DNA of 64,000 nucleotides, taken from the NCBI GenBank assembly GCA_030265395.1, contig JARFYF010000052.1:105983529-106047528 (forward strand), read 5' to 3'. Origin of the DNA: Rhina ancylostomus. Lineage: Eukaryota. Below the pieces are notes generated by a model that did no database searches, had not been told where the DNA came from, and saw only the letters and a program-made list of their open reading frames with translations. This document shows positions 36,488-48,590 of this stretch, piece after piece. Both the position numbers and the translations under genes were made by a program. Within the stretch, counting starts at the first letter, position 1; the number at the start of each line of letters is the position of its first letter.

Positions 36488-37225
36488 AAACTGGAGCAAT
36501 AACCAATCTGCTGGTGGAACTCAGCAGGTCGAGCAGCATCTGTGGGGGAAAAAAGGATTTGTCAACATTTCAGGTCAAAATCCTGCACCAGGACTAAGAG
36601 TGGAGAGGGTAGATAGCCAGTAAAATTAGGAGAGGGAGAGTGGTGAGTAGGGGTCAGTAGGTGGCTGGTGGACCAAGGAGGGATGAAGGATGATGGGCAG
36701 ATCAAGCCAGGTTAAGGTGGGGGAGGGGGAAGGGTAGAGCTAGGAGATAGAGGAGTGATAAACAGGACCACCAAGGCTGCCAGTGCTGGAATCTGTTAAG
36801 TAAGGAAGGTGATAATGGGAACCATGGCACTGGTAGTCTTCGTATTCCTGCTTATCGATCTTCTAGCTATCTCCACCTTCACCCTCCCATTCCCCCTCCT
36901 AGCACCAGCTGTCTTTTTTTATGCCTGCCTTCATCTATTGTCCACCTGCCTCTGTCTCCCAACTCCATCCCTCTCTCTCACCTATCCAGCTCGATCTGCC
37001 CATCATCCTTGACTCCTCGATCCACCAACCACTACTGGTCCCTCTCTCAGCACTCCTCTTCTCTTTAGACTGGTTATCTTCCTTCTCCACTATTAGTCCT
37101 GATGCAGGGTTTCAACCCAAAATGCCGATAATTCCTTCTCACAGATGCTTGCTGAACCAGCTGACATCCTCCAGCAGATTGTTTGTTGCTCCAGATTCCA
37201 GCATATGCAGTATCTTGTGTCTCCA
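36488..37225. mobile_element. ~740-bp foldback element formed from inverted Penelope-type termini
   Basis: Left CTGGAGCAATAACCAATCTGCTGGTGGAACTCAGC...CCAAGGCTGCCAGTGC (to ~36786) pairs imperfectly with right GCACTGGTAGTCTT (from 36827)...CCTCCAGCAGATTGTTTGTTGCTCCAG. The left end runs into Ns. Confidence 0.8.
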
Positions 37226-39614
37226 GGTCAAAACTCCCTGTGGTGCCCTCTGCTATCAAGCAAGATTGTGTAAAATACCTTATGCCATACGCTAGTCATG
37301 CTTAGAATTACCGGCATATAGAAACTAGCCACAACTATTTCCATTTGCCATTGTGAATATTCCCTTACTTCATGTTCAAACAGCTTAGGTTCTAATCATC
37401 CCAAAAATCAGGTAAGTGCCTTGTTGATCGCAGAGGCCCCAAACAAAAGTTCCACAACAAAATGGAATTTTAATTATTTTATTTCAAAATACTTTCCACA
37501 TTTCATGCTTATACAGTGAAATATGAGTGCTGGCAGGGCAGATATTAAACCAGATGCTGGTATTCATGGCATTAACACTTACAAACAAGGAATCTATTTA
37601 GTAACAATTGACAATATTTGTGTCTTGACATTTTTGTTAATTCCATTACTCATTTCTAATGTTCTCCCAATCCTCAGGCCTACACAGTCTTATTCAAAAT
37701 TATCATCTTTTCAGTTTGATACCATCATTAACTTCTTTAGTTAGGCACAGATGGGTCCTTTCACATTGGAGTCTTTATTCCTCAATGGTGTATATCATAG
37801 TTGAGTATAGCAAACCATTTCTTTAAATATTGGCTACTAACTACCTACTGTCATAATTTTTAATCTAAGATCTCAATCCACTTTAACCAATTCTCCTTCA
37901 NNNNNNGTAGTTTTATTTACTTAAGTTGAGACCTCTAATTTTGGATCTATGTTTGTCACTTTCAAATGAATTATGTCATTCAATCTTCCCAAAGGATATT
38001 TTATTATGAGATTTCTAATTAACTTTTCCCATAACACACAATTAGATCAAAAGTATCTTGTTTCTTGGTGGGGATCCACAACATACTGTTCTGAGAAAGT
38101 ATTTCAAATGCATTCCATGAACTCATCCTCAAGGCTACCTTTTACAATTAGTTTGCTAAATCTATGTGAAGATTAAAATCACCCACAATAACTTCAGCGT
38201 TGTTGCAGGCTTTTTATATTTCTTAATTTTGTCCAAATCTATACAATAATACAGCCACTGTTAGGGGGGCCTATGCACTTCTTGCACCAATAATTTCTTT
38301 GTTATTTCTCGTATCCATCCAATCTGATCTTTTTTTAATTTAATTTTCTGAGCTGAGATCATTTCTCACTGCTGCACTAATGCTATCCTTTATCAGAGCT
38401 GCTCCACCTCCTTTTCCATTCTGTCCATCCTTCTAAAATGTTAAGCAACTCAGAATATTCAGTTAGCCATTAGTGACTAACAAAGTCACCTTTCCTTGAC
38501 TGCAGTTCCATACGTCTGAGAGGTCTTACTTTTAAGGTAAAATCTCATCAGTTATTATCAGCTGTAATTGGAGCTTCTCCTTTAACCTTTCACTGTTTAA
38601 ACTATTCCCTCCCTTGGCATGAGCATGTAGAAATTCAACTTGATCTACCCAAACCACATTTTTTGTCTGCTTTGATATCTTGGTTCAGGCCGGCAGTACA
38701 AATTCAATACATTAAATACTCACGAATTGAGTTGTATTTCAATTAGGAATATGTAATCTCAATACATTACATAGTTGTAATTGAGTTACACTTCAAGTAG
38801 AAAAATACAATTTCCATACAGCCGGCTCTGCACTCTAACACCCTTTGCTTTTTTGAATGCACAGTCTTTATTTGATTGTTGTAATAGTCTGAGTTTACTT
38901 TTCTACTGTTACTGATGTCATCTCATTCCATGAACAAACTGATTCTTATGTTGCAAATGGTGTTTTGATTGAACGAGCTCTGTGTTCATCCATACTCTTT
39001 TATAACTAATTAATAGATTTTATCTCAACAACTGACTATTAACATTCTCAAAGACTTTGAGGATGATTCCAGATCTTCTGGAGTGGAGGTTGTTACTGCG
39101 TTGTGAACTTTGGAGCATAGTCAAAGCCACAGGGACACAGAGGAAAAGATTTAACTTCAGCAATTACATGTCAGCCTTCTCGTGTTTCTTTCACCTCAGA
39201 GCTTGTCCACCGCAGAGCCTTCTTGGTTTTCTTGTACCATGCTGGGACATTATGTTCTGGTCAATTTCTGGAAAGATAGTTTACAGTTGCCTTTGCCACC
39301 CAACACTGCTAATGCAAGTACAGTTGGCCACATTCTTCTTGCAGAAATATTCACAATACATGACCAGAAGCTGATGCCTTTAGTCATGTTCAATGACATA
39401 AATGCTCCATAGTTATTGCTACCCCTTTTTGTTCTGCTTCCTCACTGATTTACCCACCACCCCTTCACTGCCTCCTCGCTGTCCCACTCTACTCATCTCC
39501 AAAGCTCCACCTTGCCTCTGAGCTAAACATCCCCTTTGCTCCTTCTAAAAACACTTGTGCTTCCCTCTGATTGTGAGGAGAAAAGGGTTTTAATTTGACT
39601 GAACGAGTCTCATA

Positions 39615-39830
39615 TTACTAAAGATGATCTCCCAATCTACCTCATCGTGGCCTTTGCACTTTTTTTTACCTAAAACTACACTTTCTCAATAACTGCAACA
39701 CTATATTCTGCATTCTGTTTTTCTTTTTCCTACCTCGATTTACTTATGTATGTCATGATCTGCCTAGATGGCATGCAAACAAAAGTTTTTCACCGTATGT
39801 CAGTGCATGTGACAATAAACTAATACCAAA
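39615..39830 (+). mobile_element. Rex1-type LINE 3' tail
   Basis: GGCCTTTGCACT...AAAAGTTTTTCACCGTATGTCAGTGCATGTGACAATAAACTAATACC. Confidence 0.65.
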
Positions 39831-40532
39831 ACCACATTAAAATTAACCTTCACTTGGACCCCATGAAGCCCCTAAAGGCAGGTCACATGCTGCTTGTTCT
39901 GTATATGATAGTGAGTGAACCTTTAAAAACTACGTGCGCTATGATTTGTGATATGGAGTTATACCAGCCATTGCTGTTAGCTAAATGTTGACAACCTTCA
40001 ATAAAACATATTAAGTTGGTTGCACTATCCTTGTTCCTTGTCTAAAGGCACTGTACCGTGCACTGGAGCTGTCTCCTGATTAGACTGTTCAAAAGACAAT
40101 CCAGTCATCAATAAGTCAGGGCCAGAAAGCTTCTACCACTGGTAGCAGGACCCAAGTGACAGAAGGACAACAGCAAATCTCAGTAAAGTTAAGCAAACCT
40201 CACCAGTTTGCCGGGGTAGCTAATATGGTGAACATGAGCAAGCAGGCAGATGGGATGGAACCAGACCTCAGGGTGATGAGTCTGGTGAGGACAGTGAGTG
40301 CAGGTGAGCTGGAGGAATCCTTCCCTCAGGCAAGATGCAGTCCACAGGCTATATTGTTGCTTACCACAGCAGTAATGGATATTAGATAATACCTACTAAT
40401 TGCTAATTGCTCCATTGACTAATCTATTTTGTTACATGTGTCATGCATTCAAATAAAGAGCCTTTACTTCTTTACTATTTTTCCTACTTTAATCCCGTGT
40501 GCTCTTCCTGACTAGATCTATTTATCAATAGC

Positions 40533-40600
40533 CAATATACAAGGATATATGTATGTAAGGATATATGATATATGTAAGGATGTATATCAATATACAAGGA
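40533..40600 (+). repeat. Short degenerate tandem repeat, (ATATA/TGT)AAGGATAT x4
   Basis: AAGGA recurs about every 17-21 bp: ATATACAAGGATATATGTATGTAAGGATATATGATATATGTAAGGATGTATATCAATATACAAGGA. Confidence 0.7.
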
Positions 40601-41069
40601 GCTATCACCTTGTCCCTTCTCTTTTACTTCCTAAATTTTCACTTACCTCAATGCACCCCAAGCCCTAGAAAATAGCTTAAAACCCTTTCTGCAGTCTGAA
40701 CTTCATTCAGATGTGTTTTTGAATGACAGAGAAATGTTAGCAGAGCTGGAGTGCAACTGACAACAATCAGTGGTGTCAATGTTTCCTGTACCCAGAAACA
40801 TTGACAGGAATAATGAAATGACTGAATCTAGAAAAGATACATTACTGACTGGAAGAGCATAATTTTAACACAAAACAGTGCAAGTTTGTAGCAAATATAT
40901 TTTCTGCAATTGTGGCTTTGATGCTAACAGCTAATGAAATCACTGCTTATTACCTGTCTTTGATAAAAATAACATCATTCACTCCTCCATAAAATTTGAA
41001 ATACTTTTACATAAACCAATGAAGCATTTGAACTTATGTGACCTTAAGTTTTTTATACTTAATGTGCCA

Positions 41070-41340
41070 ATGGCAATCTCTCCTACCAGACTGTAAGGTA
41101 GTGGGTTTGTGACCCACACTGTAGATTTGAGCGCAAAATCTAGGCCAACATTCCAGTGCAGTTCTAAAGAAAAAATGTGTGCTTGAAGACACGGGACTTG
41201 AAATTTGTATGCCCTTAAGAGCATGCACTAAATGGTGTCATGCCGGTTAGGTCATGCATAATTTTTGTGCAACCTCCTTGTACAAGTAATAGTGCTTTTT
41301 GGAAGTGTGAATTGAAATGTTTTCTCCATTAGTGCATAAT
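41070..41340 (+). mobile_element. Ancient SINE remnant resembling Deu-domain SINEs (SacSINE1/AmnSINE1-like)
   Basis: GGTAGTGGGTTTGTGACCCACACT..GATTTGAGCGCAAAATCTAGGCCAACATTCCAGTGCAG resembles my recollection of the SacSINE1 head-to-Deu junction. Not aligned. Confidence 0.4.
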
Positions 41341-41630
41341 GAGCATTAGAATAACATGAGTGACATGCTACCTGCTGAAAGCAATCAGCAATGAGTGATG
41401 CCATACATACATCTCAAAGAATGGGAGGTGGGGACAGCCAATCCAACCGGAGCATTATGCAGCTATGGGAGCACTCAGAGCAGCTAAAGCAACACAGGCA
41501 CAGGAGCAGATTTATTGATGCAGACCTCAAAATCTCATTGGAAGAGGTGACTTAAGTCATCAACCATTGCTTCTCTCTCCGTGGACAGAAGTACCACAAT
41601 TGCAAAGGTGCAAGAAGATGAATACTATTA

Positions 41631-42032
41631 CAGGCAGTCGCCAGGTTACAACAGAGTTCTGTTCCTGGGAACTGTTTGTGACCTGAACCGTTCATAAGTC
41701 AGAAAAGAACAAAAACAGTGTGCAAGAGAGGGTTACAGGAACAGCTGCAATGAGAGTGAGTAGGTGTGGGAAAAGCAGCTGCCAGTGTGTGAGCGAGTGA
41801 GACTGCTCAGGGCTCCCAGCTCTGCTTGGCTCAACCCAGCCCTCAATTGTTGCAACTTGAGGGGTGGGAAGAGAAGACACACTGAAATGACCCATTCCCA
41901 CCCAGCAGAAGGTGCCTGCAGCCCCACAGCATCTGGCAAATCCTTCCCCATCCATCCTGCCTTTCTTCCAAATGCTCATTCATATGTATGGGGTGTCCAT
42001 AAGGCAGGCATCCATAACCCAGGGAGGACCTG
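41631..42032. mobile_element. Tc1/mariner (Tigger-like) MITE, 402 bp
   Basis: TA at 41629-41630 and 42033-42034 flank imperfect TIRs CAGGCAGTCGCCAGGTTA / TAACCCAGGGAGGACCTG. Confidence 0.7.
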
Positions 42033-42294
42033 TACCACGTCCATCACTCCCATCTGAGTGGGATCTGTTTGTGCTGATGGGTGAACTGTAGCATGGTCAA
42101 GAGGAAAGGGTAGTTCATTATCAGTCACAGTTTTAATCATGGGTTAAAAAATACAATAGAAATCAAATATTTGAGAATGAACCAGTGGAAAATGCTGCCA
42201 TTTTTCACTGTGATATAATTTAAAATTCTCATCTTGTTGAAATTCCTTTGTGATCTTGTATCTCCTCCACTCCTACAAATCTCAGACCTCAGAT

Positions 42295-42868
42295 GGGTAA
42301 CACAGTGGTGCAGCTAATCGAGTCATTGCCTTGCAGTGCTAGCTCAGTATAGCAACATGATGACCACTTTGACCACTTTGCAACACAATAGATTTTGGTT
42401 TTTTAGTTCTAATTGTGTTCTTTCTTGTATAATTTAGTATAACTGATGTTTAACTTATGTTTATCTTGTGAATGTTGTGTCTGATGCTATATGCCTGTGA
42501 TGCTGCTGCAAGTAAGTTTTTCATTGCACCTGTGCATATGTGAACTTCTGCAAATGACAATAAACTCGGCTTTAAAACTTTGACCATGGTTTATTCCTGA
42601 CCTTGAATGCTATCTGCATGGGGTCTGCACGTTCTCTTTGCGTTCATGCTGGTTTCCTTTGAGTGTTTTGGTTTCCTCCCCAGATCTCAGACATGCGGGT
42701 AAGAAGGAAAATTGCCCCTCGTGTAGAATCTGGAGGGAATTGATGAGAACATGGGCAGAAAAAAAATGGGATTAATGTAGGATTAGTGTCGATGGATGGT
42801 TGATAGTCAGCATGGACACAGTCAACCAAAGGGCCTGGTTCTCTGTTGCATCTCTCTATGACTCTATA
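42295..42868 (+). mobile_element. HE1/V-SINE-like SINE with a CR1 tail, interrupted by a Rex1-type tail insertion (~42343-42583)
   Basis: Head GGGTAACACAGTGGTGCAGC at 42295 resumes at ~42583 (CCATGGTTTATTCCTGACC). The insert ends AAGTTTTTCATTGCACC...GACAATAAAC. The SINE tail is GGGCCTGGTTCTCTGTTGCATCTCTCTATGACTCTAT. Confidence 0.75.
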
Positions 42869-43449
42869 TATTCTCCAATTTTAGCACATCCTGAATGTTG
42901 TGTGCCACTGCATTGGCTCCCTGGATGGTTATTTTCATGTGTCTAGATTACATTTACTGCTCAGCCTACGTTATCAGAAGAGGTACTTTAGATGAAATAT
43001 TGCAGGAGAAAAGGTTCTGGAACTCAAAGCCATTGGAGAGAAGTGAGGACCATCAGGAGAAGAGCATGGAACCTAGGTAGGTAGCTATGGGTCTGGTTCA
43101 GCTTAGCTTGTTCCTCCACGTGCCCTGGATGCTGGTGACCAAGCTGAGTGTGGGTGAACTGGAGTCAGTTTCACAGGACATAATTCAGCATTGGATCAGA
43201 ACTGGATCGGTGGGATTACAACTGGATCTGCACCTGGATTTTAACCTGGATCTAGATCTGGATCTGGAGCTGCTGGCCCAGAGTGGTTTCCACTAATCCT
43301 GGTGCCAGGCCAACTGCTGCCCCCAGCCAGTGGAAGGAGAGTGTCACACAAATCAAAACAAATCCTGGCTTTTAATCTAAAGACCAGTTCAGGCACCTGA
43401 TCCAAGCTCCATACTCAGGAGAGGTCAACCCTTTGCTACATCTAAGCCT

Positions 43450-43820
43450 CCTCTGTATCTCTCTACCTATCTAGCTAGCTAGCAAGCTATCTATCTATCC
43501 AGCTCTACCACCCTCTCTGTTTCCCGATTCTCCCTCGTTTAACTCTCCAGTACATTCTCATTCTCGATCCCTCTCCCCTCCTCCCCCTCCACTTCCCTGT
43601 ACTCCAACTAACCATAAGTATTTCTAATTTTGAACTGTCTCCTCACTCTCCACCCTCCTCATGCACCCTAACCCCTGGCCTCTCTCATCCATCACCATTC
43701 CCTCCATCACTGTCTCTCACCCTCTTTCTAATCTTTTTCTCTAACTCTCTCTTCCCCCTTTTTTCATCTCGCCCCACTTCCCCTCTTTCCTTTCCCCTTT
43801 CCTTCTTTTTCCCCCTCTCT
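43450..43820 (+). repeat. Long pyrimidine-rich (C/T) low-complexity tract with (TAGC)/(TATC) microsatellite
   Basis: Directly visible strong C/T bias over ~370 bp. Confidence 0.75.
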
Positions 43821-45659
43821 CAAGATGGATGCATGCCTGGAGATTTTCCTGTGGAGGCTGACAAATCTGTTCCAAGATTACCTGAGGGAGCCTTGTCTAG
43901 TTGACATGATCTCCTAAGACATTTGAAGAATCTGGAGGCATATGCTATCCTGCCCAGGGCCTTTTCCCCTCTCCTCCTCTGATAGCTTCAGGCAAGTTAA
44001 CCTTGGCATTGGACTTTCTCTTCCTGTTCCATGTAATAACTGGGACAATTACTAAAACATTTATATAAGGGAAACTTAAGCTCAGTGCTCACTAAGACTT
44101 TTGACATGACTTCTAACTGAGCCTTGTGCTAATTCATGATCCTTTGAAATAGCGCAAATGCAGGGCAAGTTCCAACTGCTTAAATATGGTTTTTTTATCC
44201 ACTTTCGGCATGGAGCATGAGTAATATTAATGTGATTCACTTTCACAGGGTAGCCAGCAGTTCAGCCTTGGATGTGGATGGACCTCACTATCAGATTTAT
44301 GCTGAAGATATGGTACTAATTGCAATCAATCCTTGATTTGTATTGAGGACAACTGCCACACAGCTGAAGAACACAAGCTTAAATGCATTAGTAAAACTTT
44401 CATTGTGTGTTGGAAAGCTAAAAACTGCTTTATATTGCTGTAAAAGTCCCACTGGACTAGGCAAGCCTAGCTCACAGTTGATGTATGATTCAAAATGGGG
44501 AGATAGGTCTCTGTGGTAGACCTTGCTCAATATGATACCATCACATTTAGGATGGAGGAAGTGGAATAATGGCGACAGAATGAGCTCTGCACTGAAAAAT
44601 CTGAGAGACCCATTAACCTCCTACTAATCAATGCTCCAGGTTTTGCCGGCTCACAAAGTTGCCAAGGAATGTACATTAATGCCCCAGATATTCAGAAACA
44701 TTCAAAAATGATTAAAGAATCATTTAAATATTGAAAAAAATTATTTCACATCAAAAAATTAAATCACTTTAAGTCACATATACAATCTAATGCAGAAAAA
44801 TAGCTTAATTAATTCAAAAAATTTAAATTACAAGCTGACCCTTCTCCATTAGATCCTTTCCTTTCCATTCAAATAAATGAACTCACTGTTGCTGCACCAG
44901 ATCTAAAGGGAGATGGGCTCTGTGGGCAGAGTCCCCAGATTAACTGAAAATCGCAGTTCCCCTCCTCTGCTGCTATATTCCATGGGGGGGGGGTCCAATT
45001 TCAGAGCACTATCAAGACATTTCTGGTGAAGCTCAGCTAGCAAGTTCAAGACTTCTGCATTCCCACAGGAGTGCTGAATTTCCTGATGTTCATGGAGAAG
45101 TCATGACTCATGGTAGGTCGATGTGGAACTGCGCACAATTCCCAGTATGTTCCAGCCCATTGTAATGATCGCTGGATTTGTTTTAAATTATTGTCAGTGG
45201 CCTTATGGCATCTAGATATTTACCACAAATAATTGTCAAAAGCAGCAGAATACTTTTGCATCTCCAGGTCAGATTTAAGTCAGACCTGAACTGTAGCTCA
45301 TATGCTTCTACAATATCTACTACTAACATGTCAAAATGCACTTAACAACATTCTCCAGTCAGACCACCTTCCTTTCCTCCATAAAGTTACCAGATGACGA
45401 AAAGGGAAGGTTGAGGGAAAACATATAAAGTTTCCATTAAAGAGGGGTTTCTCATGAAATAGTAAACTTTTCCACATTAAGTCGTAACTGCTATTACTAA
45501 GCTTGTCTATTATTTGGCTTCGTCTGTCTTCATGGTTTGGATTTCTTATGCACTGGCCTCCATTGCAGAGGCATTGCATTATGGAGAAACTCTGTAATGC
45601 AGAAGGCTTCAGTCTTTATAGATTTCACAGTCAATTTTGCTTTGCGCATTCTACCGTTG

Positions 45660-46200
45660 NNNNNNNNNNNNNNNNNNNNNNNNNNNNNNNNNNNNNNNNN
45701 NNNNNNNNNNNNNNNNNNNNNNNNNNNNNNNNNNNNNNNNNNNNNNNNNNNNNNNNNNNNNNNNNNNNNNNNNNNNNNNNNNNNNNNNNNNNNNNNNNNN
45801 NNNNNNNNNNNNNNNNNNNNNNNNNNNNNNNNNNNNNNNNNNNNNNNNNNNNNNNNNNNNNNNNNNNNNNNNNNNNNNNNNNNNNNNNNNNNNNNNNNNN
45901 NNNNNNNNNNNNNNNNNNNNNNNNNNNNNNNNNNNNNNNNNNNNNNNNNNNNNNNNNNNNNNNNNNNNNNNNNNNNNNNACTGCATGAGTTTCCCCTGGG
46001 TGGTCCAATTTCCTCCCACATCTCAAAAATTATCTCCAGTGCAGATATGCGGCAAAAGAATCAAAAGGGGGGGATGATGAGCAAGTAATTTCAGGGTCAG
46101 AGAGAAATAAGATAAGGAATGGGACTGATGGGATTGTTCTTCTGAGAGCTAGCATGGGCCTGATAAGCCAAAAGGCTTCCTTCTGCATTGTAATTACAAT
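45660..46200 (+). mobile_element. V-SINE-like element, mostly masked
   Basis: After the Ns, CTGCATGAGTTTCCCCTGGGTGGTCCAATTTCCTCCCACATCTCAAAA, then a CR1-like tail GGCTTCCTTCTGCATTGTAA. Confidence 0.55.
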
Positions 46201-48329
46201 AAGTAAATGATATAGCTTTGGTCGGTGGTTGGAGAGGGATCAGTGTTCAGGAGGTTAGATCAGACTGGTAGATGGTGGAGAGCATGGCTTGGGAGCTCAG
46301 TGGTCTTGGGTCAAGGCTTGGTGGGAGACTGGGAGTCCCTATCATGACAATGGGGGTAGGGTGGGAAGGCAGAGGTGAATGATTAAGTTACCTGCAGAGG
46401 GCTGAGCTAAGATGGGTTCCTTATAATGGACTAGGATCTTCTCATGCAGGTACCCTTATGTAACACTGAAGTGGGCTTCACAGATACTCTGAAGATCTGC
46501 TTCCACATTATTGGCCCTCTGTTGGCACGGACCACGTATGTGTCAATGAAATGGGAGTGCATGATATTGGACACTCACTGTGCATATCCAGGTTGCTTTG
46601 TGGAAAGCCACGTCATAGCTATGGAAATCACAGATGGAATCATGGACTTTGCAAACTGCAGTAAGCCCAAAGTCTTCATTTTTTATACATTTTTCATAAA
46701 AGTTGATTTGTATAGCATCTAATAATGTGATGTTACACAATCCAATTTACAGGCACATGTGCGCTCTTGAAGCATTATAGAAGCTCAGGCAGATCCATAT
46801 AAATCTCAGTTAGAGTTTTGCCCATTTATCTTTCTTTTTGTCATTTTAGAAATCTAGATTTTTAAAATGACATTAAAAGGTTATTGAGTTAACCAATATG
46901 AAATGATTTCTACAGTCTGTAAGTAACTGGTTAAAAATAACTGGTTCAGAAAGAACTGCATTGCAAATTGAATGTATTTTTCCATCCTATACCCTGTGTG
47001 CCATGTGTCGATCTGTCCTGGAGATATTAAAATGTGGCAGCAAACATCACCCTGCAGACACTATTTCTGCTCCGATTTAAATTTAGCTTTTTTGTTCACA
47101 ATCACAGCTCAGGGGAGATTATCACTTCTGGAGTGGGTGAAGAACAGGTTCTATAGCATTTTAACTGCCCCTTAAACACAGTCCAGTTTACTATTCCAGT
47201 GAAGTCAATAATTACTGGTTTGTTTTCTCTAAACTTTCATGAAGTAGAACTGAAATATGCTATCCTTCCAAACCAGATCCTATAACAGGAGTTGCACACC
47301 AATGTTCATACTTAAATATGTTCCACCTGTTGTAAGCCTGGAATGCAGGTCATTCAATTAATGCACCTGAGGTGTTTAACTGAACCTGAGACAATTCAGG
47401 CCATAGTTGGATGTTCAGCCCCATCATCAGGAGTGCAATCTGGTTGAGGGGAACTTTAAATGGATTTGCCTGCCCACTGTAATCCAGTGTTCATTTGAAA
47501 GCCTTGATAATTTTCATAAATTACCAGAGATACCAGGCCAAATGTTTTTCCAGGTATGCCAGTTCATGACATGTATGGAATCAGGTTAGAAGCTGGCAGA
47601 CAGAAGATTCCCCAACAGATACATTTTTGCTAGTAGCCAAAATTTTTAATAGCAGTTGGAAGTCCCAACTCTAGGTACTCTGAATTACCACCGTTTATTA
47701 CATATGCACTAATGGTGGTGTTTAAAAATCTAGCAGTCAGCACGTTGTCAGAACTTTGATCCAGTTTGTATCTCCTTGGAACTCTCTCCACAGTGAAGAA
47801 CTGCAGCACTCACCCAAAACCAGGCTTCATTGTTGCCCTTACAATTAGCCTTCTGCTGTATTATTATTAATCATCTGGTAGAAGACCAATTGGCTTCATG
47901 ACATCTACTATGTTTGCCAGTAACAATCTGCACAACCTTCACATGAAATATGTTTCCAAATATGCAAATTCTACTTTGTGCCAACTGTTATTGGTGTAAA
48001 AAGAAGTAATGAAAAGTGAAGCCAATTTTATATCACTCGGGCTACCAAGTTATTTGCTGATAATTTGCTTGGCATTTACTTTGTCTTCTATTTTCACATT
48101 GACTCCGTCCACTTGAGTGAGCATCTGTGCAGGAAAACCATGGGACCTGAACACAAGATTCCTTTCTGTGAGGGACTCAGCTTCTTAACATTACAATTGC
48201 TTTGTCCAATGAGGTTTAGCAGAAAGTTCATGTAGCCTTCTCAATTACTGGGCATTCCTGTTTATGTAATCCAGTTCTTCTAGTGCTACGAAGAGAAATT
48301 AGGTTTTATAAAGTAAATGAATCCAAGAT

Positions 48330-48590
48330 ATAGCAGGTGTAATGTCCTAACAGTTAAATTACTGGTCTAGAAATTCAGAAACTGAGACTAATGATCAAGA
48401 AATATCAGTTTAAATTGCACTGCAGCAACCAGGGTTTTAAATTCAGTGAATCTGCAATGGTAATAATTAAACTACAGGGTTATAATAAAAGCCCTCCTGG
48501 TTGATGAAAGACCATCAGGGAAAAACATTCACCATTCATACCTGATCTGGTCTAAATGTGACTCCTGACCCATGATAACGTTTGTTGTAA
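48330..48590 (+). mobile_element. Old tRNA-derived SINE
   Basis: Same family as 21900-22150 (ACTAATGATCAAG...CAGGGAAAAAC...CTGGTCTAAATGTGACTCC). Confidence 0.55.

Noticed and set aside
36002-36623. Long ORFs in the track spanning X runs (also 834-1210, 31168-31513, 45503-46088)
   Set aside because: Artefacts of N-masked sequence, which contains no stop codons.
46543-46740. Exon-like segment with an ACA|GTGAGT donor
   Set aside because: Weak acceptors, unrecognised peptide and no phase-compatible partner exon.
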